Numbered from the stretch's first letter, positions 16,396 to 24,734 are shown. The stretch: 32,000 nucleotides of DNA from Candidatus Saccharimonadota bacterium (GCA_002952755.1 CP025011.1:1140001-1172000), one strand, 5' to 3'. Made by a program: numbers and translations. The notes: a model not told the origin generated them from the sequence alone.

Positions 16396-17577
16396 ATGCA
16401 ATTGTTACGCCGCGACAGGTACAATAAAGGTGTGGAACAAACGCTGCGCAAATTACTGCGAGAAACATGGGCTTCGCCAGTCTTTGGCGACTCATTTCCA
16501 TCAGTTGTCGCGTCGCAACAAAATAGAGTAACGGAAACGGCACAGATACTGGCACAACATTTTTCTAAAGGACTATATAGCTACATTCGTCCAGTATATA
16601 CCGACAAAAGTGAAGCCGAAGTGCGGGCCATCGTATCGCAAATTGCTCCAAAAACTATCAGCTTCTGCCCAGCCTTGACCGCAGGCGAATTTGACGACCA
16701 ACAGCAGTTGTTGGCGATTTCGCTGGCTATTGGACTCATGTACTGGGGCGATCAAACTATGGATCGCGGCGACCTAGCTATGCCATACGCTATTCGGCTG
16801 CTGGTTGGCGAACATCCGGCTATTCCAAACAACCTGCGATTGACAGCGGCCCGGCAGCACAGAGCGTTGCGAGGCATCAGGGAGCAGGTTACTCGCTTTT
16901 CGCAACCCGAGGACGCCGCACTCGTGCTCGACTGCTTTGACCGGCAAGTGCTCATGAATGAAGTACGCTTAGATATGCTGAGTCGTCAGTATACCGATTG
17001 TCCTACGGACATTCGTCAAGATTTTCTGGCTACTCACGCTAGTCGCATTGCCCGCTATATGGTCGTTGACGCCGGCTTCCCCAGCGTCTCATCCTCACTC
17101 TATACTATTTACCGCCAATACGAACCTGATCTGCCACCTCTCGCAGAAATCTATGCCTCGCAAGAATTGACGCGCCTGCTGCAGATCTGTAATGCTGTCG
17201 TGCGCGTAGCCGACGAGCTGGGCGACTGGCAAATGGACAGCGGCACACATCCCGAATGGGGAAGTTTCTGCATCAACCTGTTTAATCAAGCGCACCCGGC
17301 ATTACTTGCAGCCTTCTTTACATTGGCAGATATACCCCTCAGTCTTCAACCTACACTTAGACAGGCTTTTACTGCTTTCCAGGATGATAAAACCCGTGAG
17401 GCTGCCGGCGAGACTGTGATGCATATTTTCTTCGATCACGTTAAAACAGCTATCCAGACATTACCGCTGGATGCTCAGCGCCGCTATACACGCTACATTA
17501 CACTATGCAAACGCGTGCTCGAAATCGGGTATGTCAATCGGGTAGGGGATATCACGCTCAGCGGTATATCTGAATAA
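16396..17577 (+). CDS. orphan protein with isoprenoid-synthase-fold-like Asp-rich motifs (terpene synthase / SQS-PSY-like?)
   Basis: 393-aa ORF. It has 'MYWGDQTMDRGD' (DxxxD) at about aa 116-125 and 'VVRVADELGDWQMDS' (compare 'RLANDLGTxxxE') at about aa 270-284. 'RRYTRY' sits at about aa 362-367. Confidence 0.45.
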   Translation: MQLLRRDRYNKGVEQTLRKLLRETWASPVFGDSFPSVVASQQNRVTETAQILAQHFSKGLYSYIRPVYTDKSEAEVRAIVSQIAPKTISFCPALTAGEFDDQQQLLAISLAIGLMYWGDQTMDRGDLAMPYAIRLLVGEHPAIPNNLRLTAARQHRALRGIREQVTRFSQPEDAALVLDCFDRQVLMNEVRLDMLSRQYTDCPTDIRQDFLATHASRIARYMVVDAGFPSVSSSLYTIYRQYEPDLPPLAEIYASQELTRLLQICNAVVRVADELGDWQMDSGTHPEWGSFCINLFNQAHPALLAAFFTLADIPLSLQPTLRQAFTAFQDDKTREAAGETVMHIFFDHVKTAIQTLPLDAQRRYTRYITLCKRVLEIGYVNRVGDITLSGISE

Positions 17578-17751
17578 GCCCACCTCACAGAAGAATCAAG
17601 CCACAGGATCGGTCGTGCACCTAGCCGGAATGCTTGGGGTGGCAAGGTGTATCTAGGTAACTAGGGCAGGGACAAGATGCTCTCCATTGTGCAGATGGTA
17701 GTCTAGTCCGCCCGCAGGAACGGCGAACCCAAAAATGGCAGCAATGAAAGC

Positions 17752-17790
17752 AGAAAAATAAAAGAACACACCGAGAAGGCGTGTTCTTTT
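17752..17790 (-). terminator. rho-independent terminator after the YciI-like gene
   Basis: The minus strand reads AAAAGAACACGCC-ttctc-GGTGTGTTCTTTT followed by a TTTTATTTTT-type run. The stem has one G:U only in the minus sense. It lies 21 nt past the stop at 17811. Confidence 0.6.
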
Positions 17791-17810
17791 AAGGGCAAGT
17801 GACCGGTCTA

Positions 17811-18110
17811 TTACATTTGTGTCAGTTCGTACACACGAGCTTCGCAACCGACGTTGTTAGCCATTGGGCTCTGCTTTACCATAGCCACGGCGTCGTCGAG
17901 GCTTTTTGCCTTGATGATGTAATAGCCAACCACGTTGTCATCGCTGGCATCGCTCGTATTACCTTCACGGACCACAGCTTTGGCAGCGACTGGCCTGCCA
18001 CCGTCAACGAGGGATTCGCCCACAACTTTTTTATAGTAATCACCCCATTCTTCGAGGGTTCCCGTTGCTGTAATGTCGTTGCTGTGACCAACGATAAGAT
18101 AGTTTTGCAT
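17811..18110 (-). CDS. YciI-like / dimeric alpha-beta-barrel family protein
   Basis: 99 aa. 'GYYIIKAKSLDDAVAMVKQSP' fits the YCII-related pattern. An SD (AGGAG) lies 5 nt upstream of the ATG. Confidence 0.5.
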   Translation of the reverse strand: MQNYLIVGHSNDITATGTLEEWGDYYKKVVGESLVDGGRPVAAKAVVREGNTSDASDDNVVGYYIIKAKSLDDAVAMVKQSPMANNVGCEARVYELTQM

Positions 18111-18256
18111 AATTTCTCCTTATTTTATTACTTGGATGTATTGTTTTGAAAGGACGGCCGCGAGCGCGTTTTTGCAATCGTTCAGCTTTGATTTATCACT
18201 TCATGGTCGTCCTTTCAAAGCGCAGGTATAGTTATATGAGTTGCCAATTTTCCCCC

Positions 18257-18613
18257 TCATTTATTGCTCCACTTCTTAGCAGTCAAGCCAGCAATGTAGT
18301 TCTCGAGCGTTTCGTCGTCGTGTCCATACTCCAAGTGATACGCCATAATCCAGTCCTGCGCCGCAGCGAGCGAAGCGCGCCTAATGGCCACAAAATTCAC
18401 CCGGCCAACCTTGCGCCGTTGAAGCAGTCCGGCGTCTTCGAGCGCACGGATGTGCCGATGAATCGAGGGCAGCGAAAGCCCGTGCTCTTCCGCTAACTGG
18501 CCAACCGTTGCCGGCCGATATGACAGTGTACGCAGTATCGCACGGCGTTTTTCATTGCCGAGGGCAAGAAACACCGCATCTAACACTTTGGGATCGTGGC
18601 CATCACTTAACAT
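18257..18613 (-). CDS. ArsR/SmtB family transcriptional regulator
   Basis: 118 aa with the wHTH 'LGNEKRRAILRTLSYRPATVGQLAEEHGLSLPSIHRHIRALEDAGLL'. Confidence 0.85.
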   Translation of the reverse strand: MLSDGHDPKVLDAVFLALGNEKRRAILRTLSYRPATVGQLAEEHGLSLPSIHRHIRALEDAGLLQRRKVGRVNFVAIRRASLAAAQDWIMAYHLEYGHDDETLENYIAGLTAKKWSNK

Positions 18614-18621
18614 GTACGTTA

Positions 18622-18650
18622 AGTATAATGTGGAGGTTTGCTTTTTGCAA
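18622..18650 (-). promoter_or_regulatory. arsR-family gene promoter (TTGCAA-17-TATACT)
   Basis: The minus strand has TTGCAA (18650-18645), a 17-nt spacer and TATACT (18627-18622), then 8 nt to the ATG. The -35 lies within the short inverted repeat TTGC-AAAAA-GCAA. Confidence 0.45.
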
Positions 18651-18702
18651 GTGATTTGTCGAGCGTCTCAGCAACTACTCTCGGGTGGTAATAGCCATAA
18701 GG

Positions 18703-18792
18703 TCACTCCATTGCACCGGCAGGCTCTTCTGCGATCAAGTCTTGTCTGATTGCGAGGTTTATCGCCATAACAGATGCAAGTAGTCTATAGCC
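18703..18792 (-). pseudogene. 3'-terminal remnant of an EamA/DMT transporter gene
   Basis: The minus frame encodes '..LLASVMAINLAIRQDLIAEEPAGAME*', against the intact gene's end '..VILVSVIAMNFAIRQEDRVAEEPIGATG*' (23790-23878). An in-frame stop lies just upstream at 18808-18810. Confidence 0.6.
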
Positions 18793-18888
18793 TATGCTAT
18801 GCTTGCATCAAACTAGGAAGGGCTTATTCGGTCGCACTACTGACGAGCGGAGCGTGCAGAGTCAAAAACACAAAAAAGGGAGTAAGTT

Positions 18889-19839
18889 GTGGCAAATCAT
18901 AAGCAAGATGTACTCATACCGCCAAGGCTAAAAGCCGGTGACCACGTCGTTCTCGTTTCACCCGCAAGTCCGGTATCTACACAATGGGTAGAAGGCGGCG
19001 CAAGCGTGTTGCGGAACTTAGGCTTGGTAGTTGAATATGGCGCACATGTCTATGATGTAGACCACACGCTCGATTACTTGGCAGGTAAAGATGAAGACCG
19101 ACTGGCCGACATCAATAACGCCTTACGCGACCCAGGAATCAAGGCAATTATAGCCACACGGGGCGGCAAAGGTGCCTATCGCATTGCTGACGGCCTAGAC
19201 TTCGAGGCAGCCACGAAGCGCCCCAAGCTTTTGATAGGTTTTAGTGAGATTACAATTCTGCATATGGCACTCTTAAAAAACTGTGGGCTTATCGGCATAC
19301 ACGGCGCAGCCTGGGATGAAAGTTTTGGCGCAGAAACGGCCGCATCGTTCGTAAAAGCAGTAACGACTACGAACCCGATAATCGTTCGCGCTGCAACCGA
19401 CGAACCTACTCACGTCCTAACCACCCATGGTAAGGCCCAGGGAGTACTTATAGGTGGCAATCAAGATTCAATCGCCACCGGTGCGGGGTGGGTATTACCT
19501 AGTTTTGATAAAGCGATCCTGCTCATAGAGGCCACCAACTTACGGCTTGGGCATATTGACCGGCAGCTCACCATGCTCATAAAGACTGGAATTATCCAGA
19601 ATGTTGTGGGCGTTGCTATAGGGCAATATACAGATTGCGGAAGCGCTACCGACCCCACGACCGATGTACACTGTACCGAGATTGACATTTTGCGTGACCG
19701 TTTCAGGCTGCTCGGTGTTCCAATCTTAGGCGGCTTGCCGATAGGACATGGCAAGAATCCGATTGCCGTACCTATCGGCACCGCGGCAACACTGGATGCA
19801 GATAATGGAACACTGACCGTTGCGGCAGGCGTAAAGTAA
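18889..19839 (+). CDS. S66 family LD-carboxypeptidase (LdcA/MccF-like)
   Basis: 316 aa with nucleophile motif 'GFSEITILH', 'LLIEATN' and 'GLPIGHG'. It has a GTG start with SD AAGGGAG 6 nt upstream. Confidence 0.85.
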   Translation: MANHKQDVLIPPRLKAGDHVVLVSPASPVSTQWVEGGASVLRNLGLVVEYGAHVYDVDHTLDYLAGKDEDRLADINNALRDPGIKAIIATRGGKGAYRIADGLDFEAATKRPKLLIGFSEITILHMALLKNCGLIGIHGAAWDESFGAETAASFVKAVTTTNPIIVRAATDEPTHVLTTHGKAQGVLIGGNQDSIATGAGWVLPSFDKAILLIEATNLRLGHIDRQLTMLIKTGIIQNVVGVAIGQYTDCGSATDPTTDVHCTEIDILRDRFRLLGVPILGGLPIGHGKNPIAVPIGTAATLDADNGTLTVAAGVK

Positions 19840-20057
19840 TCACTAAGAAGTACAGGGAAGCCGAACTCGAATAACAGGTATATGTAATGTCGGCCTACAG
19901 CCTAATCTACTGTAAGTGAACTGGGCTGTATATCCCTTCAGGGGATCCTCAAATCTTCCATCTTCATATGGAGGTCGGGCAGATTTCATAGAATGTCGAC
20001 TAGGAGGCTAACTATCTAAGCTAGCAATCTTCTAAGAGGGGGGCGTAGAGCAGGAAC

Positions 20058-20089
20058 TTGACGTCACTATACACTCGATGTATAGTGAC
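20058..20089 (+). promoter_or_regulatory. padR promoter (TTGACG-17-TATAGT) overlapped by an 11-bp perfect inverted repeat operator candidate
   Basis: TTGACG at 20058-20063, a 17-nt spacer and TATAGT at 20081-20086. The inverted repeat GTCACTATACA-ctcga-TGTATAGTGAC spans 20063-20089. The ATG at 20094 lies 7 nt after the -10. Confidence 0.6.
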
Positions 20090-20093
20090 AAGT

Positions 20094-20648
20094 ATGTCAA
20101 CTTCCTATGCCTTGCTTGGAATGCTCGGCGGACGGCCGAGTTATGGATACGACCTAAAGCATGCATACGATGTTTTGTATGGACGTAGTAAACCCCTCGC
20201 CTTCGGGCAAGTATACGCTACGCTTGCCAGGCTACTCCGCGACAAAAAAATAGCCGTCCACGATATGATTAGAGAAAGTGGCGGCCCAGAACGCAAACAA
20301 TATGCCATTACTCCTCTTGGGCGAGAAGATTTAGAAGCTTGGCTAACCCAGCCGGAGCATATGACATCGGATAGCCAGGCCGTTCTTTTCGCTAAAATTG
20401 TGACCGCCATACTTCTCGATAAAGAGCCTAACATCTACCTGGACACCCAACGAGCGGCTCACCTGGCGCGCATGCACGAGCTTACCGAAAAACGCCGCAC
20501 TGGAGATTTTGCCGAATCGCTTCAAGCAGATTATGTGTTATTTCACCTAGAGGCAGACTTGCGGTGGATTGATATAACTTCAGCACGTTTGCGAACATTA
20601 ACAAGGGAGATACTAGGTGAGCGGCAACGACTATATATTACAAGCTAA
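20094..20648 (+). CDS. PadR family transcriptional regulator
   Basis: 'YALLGMLGGRPSYGYDLKHAYD...FGQVYATLARL...ERKQYAITPLGREDLEAWL'. I prefer ATG 20094 over the ORF-track TTG at 20058, because that TTG is the -35 hexamer. Confidence 0.85.
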   Translation: MSTSYALLGMLGGRPSYGYDLKHAYDVLYGRSKPLAFGQVYATLARLLRDKKIAVHDMIRESGGPERKQYAITPLGREDLEAWLTQPEHMTSDSQAVLFAKIVTAILLDKEPNIYLDTQRAAHLARMHELTEKRRTGDFAESLQADYVLFHLEADLRWIDITSARLRTLTREILGERQRLYITS

Positions 20649-21318
20649 CAATGTAAAGAAAACTTTTGGGCAAACGCCAGCTTTGCAAGGCGCAGACTTA
20701 ACGATACGTAGAGGCGAAATGGTAGCCATCATGGGGCCCAGCGGCTCCGGCAAATCCACCTTATTACACTGTCTAGCTGGTATTTTTGCACCGGATAGCG
20801 GGGAAGTCTGGTTTGATGGCAAGCGCTTGGACACACTGAGCGAAACAGCACGCACGGAGTTACGGCGCACCGCATTCGGCTTTGTATTTCAATTCGGACA
20901 ATTGGTACCAGAGCTAACGGCTGCCGACAATATCGCGCTGCCTTTATTACTTGATAAAGTCCAACGCAAAGAGGCCTACAAACGAGCGGCGTCATGGCTG
21001 GAACGGCTTGGACTAGAAGGGCTGGGCAATCGGCGATCAGGGGAAATTTCGGGCGGACAAGCGCAGCGTGTTGCATTGGCTCGCGCACTCGTCATTCAGC
21101 CTAAAGTACTTTTTGCCGACGAACCTACCGGAGCACTAGACTCTCTAACCGGTGAAAAAGTTATGGACCTAATGGTAGATATAGCTCGCGAAGAAGGCAC
21201 AACGGTTGTACTCGTGACACACGACGCTCGCATAGCGTCATACGCCGAACGTGCGGTTACGGTGCGTGACGGCAAAGTTGCAACGAATACAAAACAGGTA
21301 GCCGGAGCGATCAAATAA
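20617..21318 (+). CDS. ABC transporter ATP-binding protein (MacB/LolD/FtsE type)
   Basis: Walker A 'GPSGSGKST', signature 'ISGGQAQRVALARAL' and Walker B 'LFADEPTGALD'. It has a GTG start with SD AAGGGAGA and overlaps the padR end by 32 nt. Confidence 0.95.
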   Translation: MSGNDYILQANNVKKTFGQTPALQGADLTIRRGEMVAIMGPSGSGKSTLLHCLAGIFAPDSGEVWFDGKRLDTLSETARTELRRTAFGFVFQFGQLVPELTAADNIALPLLLDKVQRKEAYKRAASWLERLGLEGLGNRRSGEISGGQAQRVALARALVIQPKVLFADEPTGALDSLTGEKVMDLMVDIAREEGTTVVLVTHDARIASYAERAVTVRDGKVATNTKQVAGAIK

Positions 21319-23639
21319 TGTTCCGCTTTGGCTTGCGCTTGACCTTACGTAGCGGTAAGGAGGCATTCGCGCGGCTGCTACTCACTATGATCGCAGTCAG
21401 TATCGGTACAGCCATATTGTTCGCTGCACTTGCAGACTTTCATGCATTTCAGGCAGCTAACAACCGTCCGGCGTGGGAGAAGACCGGGCAGGCCGCCGAT
21501 GACCAGATGTTTACCTCTAGAGCTTCGCTGCCAACGACGCAAGGCAAGCTGCTCTGGAACTATAATAATGACATTTTTAAAGGCAAGACCATTGAACGGC
21601 TGGGAGTTGCCGCGATAAGTACCAGCGCACCAGTTTTACCAGGTATTTCCCGGCTGCCGGCTGCCGGTGAATATTACGCCTCACCCGCACTTACTACGTT
21701 GTTGCACCGCACGCCTTACAATATGTTAGGGGCCCGTTTTCCCGGCAAACAAGTAGGAGTTATTGGCAAGGAGGCGCTAACGAGCCCTGACGAGCTCGTG
21801 ATCTTTATAGGCTACAATCTGGCAGAGCTGCGAGCGCTTCCTACAACCATTGGCGTAAATACTATTGCTAGCGCTCACCAAACGAACGTCTGGACGGGCT
21901 ATTTCCGCTATGCGTATATTTTTGGTACGCTAGCGCTCTTATTTCCTATACTGCTCTTAATTAACACGGCTACACGCCTCGCCGCAGCACGACGCGAAGA
22001 ACGCTTCGCAGCGCTACGCTTAGTGGGCGCAACACCACACCAGCTTAATGTTATTGCTTCAGTTGACGCATTTGTGAGCGCTCTGTTCGGTGTGTTGCTG
22101 GGCGCGGGTATTTTCCAGTTTATACAATCGTCATTAGCTAAGGCGAGTATTACGGGCGGACATTATTTTGCAAGCGATGTGACGCCTACCCTATTGGGCT
22201 ATGGCGTTACAATTCTCCTAGTCCCGATAGCATCAGCGATTGCCGCACTCATTTCGCTGCGCAGAGTCCGCATCTCACCACTTGGCGTTAGTCGCAAAAC
22301 CACCCCGCCCGCACCAAAGGCATGGCGCACCATACCACTCCTGGCTGGCATTGGGCTATTCGCACTCGGCATCGCCATGACCACCCATCAAACTATCGCT
22401 GCGCCAGTCTATGTGGGACTTATCCTTATCTTAATTGGTTTCAGCATAGGCGGCCCTTGGATGACGATGACTTCAGCGCGTGTGTTAAGTAAGTTAGTAC
22501 CAAGTGCTTCATCGCTTCTCGCAGCGCGACGTCTGGCTAATGATCCTAAAACAGCATTCCGGGCAGTAAGTGGCCTCGTACTAGCAGCCTTTCTTGGCAC
22601 AACACTTGCCGCACTATTGCCATCTATAAACTCTACTACCGCTACGCCAAGTGCTACCGCGCTACAAAATGTCTTACTGGTTAGCCTCACTCCTGGTGTG
22701 CTGTGTGGTAATGAAGTAAATTGCACTGGCGCTAATCGCCCTACGACCACTACCGACGGCGAGTTTGGACTTACGCCGCAGACCGGCGCAACACTTCTAA
22801 ACGGACTGCGAAATTTTCCAGACATTACTACCATCCCGCTGTATGCAAATCCTAAGGCAATCGATGCCGCGCAGCATATGGAAGGTGGTGCTCCCACGCC
22901 CGGGCAACAAATGCCCGGTGACAGCATCATACGCTGCAGCGACTTACAAAAGGTATCAGTGCTCGGTACATGTCCCGTGGGAGCAAAAGCGGTGGTTGCA
23001 GCGCCAGACTTTATGAGCGACAACCCAAGTTACAGCACGCAAGCTATAGCTAGCCCAGCCAGCGAAGCCGCTTCAGATAACGTTACCGGGCTGTACCTAA
23101 GCACACTGCTCATCAAAGTCAGCAACCCCAATACACTAGAAGAGGTCCGAACATTTCTGGCAACCCATACTAGCACATCGCTTTCCGGCACAGCTCCCCG
23201 GACGTTTGGCGAAGCAGTAGCAGTAAGATTATCAATTAGTGTTACTATCCAAAGGATTTTTAACGGCGCAGTAGCGCTGACCCTGTTCATAGCTGGTTGC
23301 AGCCTTGCCGTTACCGTTGGCGGCAGCATGGTAGAACGCAAGCGACCATTTAGTTTACTCCGCCTCAGCGGCGTGCCAACCTCTGTTCTATACAGGGTTG
23401 TGCTGTATGAAGCAGTTATGCCGCTCCTCGGTGCAGCCGTAGCGGCGGCAAGCATCGGCTATGGCATCGCCCTTATTACAGTCGAAAAGATTGGAGCAGC
23501 TGGCACCCGCGTCCCCACACTAGGTCACAATTATTTCATTGTGATGGGCTTTGGGCTTATTGCTTCCTTAATTGTCATCTTAATGACGCTGCCTTTACTC
23601 GGCCGCATCACCAAACCAGACGAAGTCCGCTTCGAGTAA
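21318..23639 (+). CDS. FtsX-family ABC permease with two FtsX/TM modules and two large extracytoplasmic domains
   Basis: 773 aa. The start overlaps the ATPase stop (TAATG). TM clusters fall at about aa 20-40, 200-445 and 650-760. The second loop domain carries four Cys (LCGNEVNC..RCSD..GTCP). Confidence 0.85.
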   Translation: MFRFGLRLTLRSGKEAFARLLLTMIAVSIGTAILFAALADFHAFQAANNRPAWEKTGQAADDQMFTSRASLPTTQGKLLWNYNNDIFKGKTIERLGVAAISTSAPVLPGISRLPAAGEYYASPALTTLLHRTPYNMLGARFPGKQVGVIGKEALTSPDELVIFIGYNLAELRALPTTIGVNTIASAHQTNVWTGYFRYAYIFGTLALLFPILLLINTATRLAAARREERFAALRLVGATPHQLNVIASVDAFVSALFGVLLGAGIFQFIQSSLAKASITGGHYFASDVTPTLLGYGVTILLVPIASAIAALISLRRVRISPLGVSRKTTPPAPKAWRTIPLLAGIGLFALGIAMTTHQTIAAPVYVGLILILIGFSIGGPWMTMTSARVLSKLVPSASSLLAARRLANDPKTAFRAVSGLVLAAFLGTTLAALLPSINSTTATPSATALQNVLLVSLTPGVLCGNEVNCTGANRPTTTTDGEFGLTPQTGATLLNGLRNFPDITTIPLYANPKAIDAAQHMEGGAPTPGQQMPGDSIIRCSDLQKVSVLGTCPVGAKAVVAAPDFMSDNPSYSTQAIASPASEAASDNVTGLYLSTLLIKVSNPNTLEEVRTFLATHTSTSLSGTAPRTFGEAVAVRLSISVTIQRIFNGAVALTLFIAGCSLAVTVGGSMVERKRPFSLLRLSGVPTSVLYRVVLYEAVMPLLGAAVAAASIGYGIALITVEKIGAAGTRVPTLGHNYFIVMGFGLIASLIVILMTLPLLGRITKPDEVRFE

Positions 23640-23789
23640 GATACTCGAAATTCCACACATACAAGAAAAGCAAACAGCCTACTTACAGTATACTTGGTGG
23701 AACTTTTCCGATTTGGAAAGTCGCTTGGTGGCGGGAGCTACCGCGGAGAAGTAGCCATGCCCCGTGTAGCGTGGCTGCTGCAAGGGAGG

Positions 23790-24728
23790 CTATCCTGTTG
23801 CACCGATAGGCTCTTCTGCAACTCGGTCTTCTTGCCTGATTGCAAAGTTCATCGCAATAACAGACACAAGTATTACCAGTCCACCTACCAGTTCTCGGCC
23901 ACTCAATACCTGTTGGTAAAAGGCGAAGCCGGCAAGAGGACCAAAAACCTCTTCAAGCGAAAGTATATTACCAGCAATAATGGCACTCACGTGCTCAAAG
24001 CCATAACTGATAAAGTAGTTGACCAATACACTTAATGTGCCCGCCGCTATAACCACCAGCACGAACTGCATATTCCAATGGCTAGCTGGAATCATCCAGC
24101 GATGATCAGATATAACGCTGATTACATAAGCGAACAAGCCGCTGAGCGCCATGAATGCTACGGTAATCTCCTGATTATTAAGAGTGCCATCATGCCATTT
24201 CCGAGTTACGAGCATCGCTGAGTAAAACAAGGCAGATACTAATGAAAGCACCGCTCCGGCGTTAAGGTGAGCTAACGAGTGTGTGTCCGTCACAACAACC
24301 ATCGCGGCACCCATAAACGCTACGAGAGTTATGAGGGCCTTTCGCGTCGTAAATCGCTCATGCAAAAGAACCACGCCCAAGAGGGGTATTACCGGTACGA
24401 CTTGCATAAAGCTAACAACACCGGCATCAGCTTTTTGCGATGCCAGAGTAAACAATCCTAGTCCAATGACCTGACCAACAAGCACTCGAAGAATAAGAAC
24501 TGACCACTCACGCACAGTCAGTGTGAGAAATTTTTGCAGGTTTATCTTTCGCCAAAAGACAAACAGCGCCACGATTAACCCAACAACAAAACGCAAATAC
24601 CACTGCTCGAATAAGCCCAACCCTCCTCCCAGATAACGGGCTAATACAGGCATAAGCCCGAAACCTGCAGACACCAGGGCCAAAGCAATAAGACCGTTGT
24701 TAGTATAATGTTGTTTCCGGACCTTCAT
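23790..24728 (-). CDS. EamA/DMT family transporter
   Basis: 312 aa, about 10 TM, with the typical duplicated EamA hydrophobic pattern. On the minus strand, TGGTATAAT ends 6 nt before the ATG. Confidence 0.85.
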   Translation of the reverse strand: MKVRKQHYTNNGLIALALVSAGFGLMPVLARYLGGGLGLFEQWYLRFVVGLIVALFVFWRKINLQKFLTLTVREWSVLILRVLVGQVIGLGLFTLASQKADAGVVSFMQVVPVIPLLGVVLLHERFTTRKALITLVAFMGAAMVVVTDTHSLAHLNAGAVLSLVSALFYSAMLVTRKWHDGTLNNQEITVAFMALSGLFAYVISVISDHRWMIPASHWNMQFVLVVIAAGTLSVLVNYFISYGFEHVSAIIAGNILSLEEVFGPLAGFAFYQQVLSGRELVGGLVILVSVIAMNFAIRQEDRVAEEPIGATG

Positions 24729-24734
24729 GACAGC

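Noticed and set aside
17578-17750. Possible small RNA in the 230-nt convergent spacer, based on short complementary segments such as ACCTAG..CTAGGT.
   Set aside because: Only short helices compatible with chance are present. There is no second copy for covariation and no promoter or terminator pair beyond the YciI-like terminator.
17653-17847. A 64-aa minus-strand ORF in the convergent intergenic region.
   Set aside because: It spans the terminator hairpin and overlaps the 3' end of the YciI-like gene. It has no start context or motif.
20058-20093. The TTG start at 20058, which would add 12 residues to PadR.
   Set aside because: The TTG is part of a TTGACG -35 hexamer with ideal 17-nt spacing to TATAGT. 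The PadR wHTH begins right after ATG 20094.
23694-24035. A 113-aa plus-strand ORF downstream of the FtsX permease.
   Set aside because: Most of it is antisense to the 3' end of the well-supported EamA transporter gene. No motif was seen.
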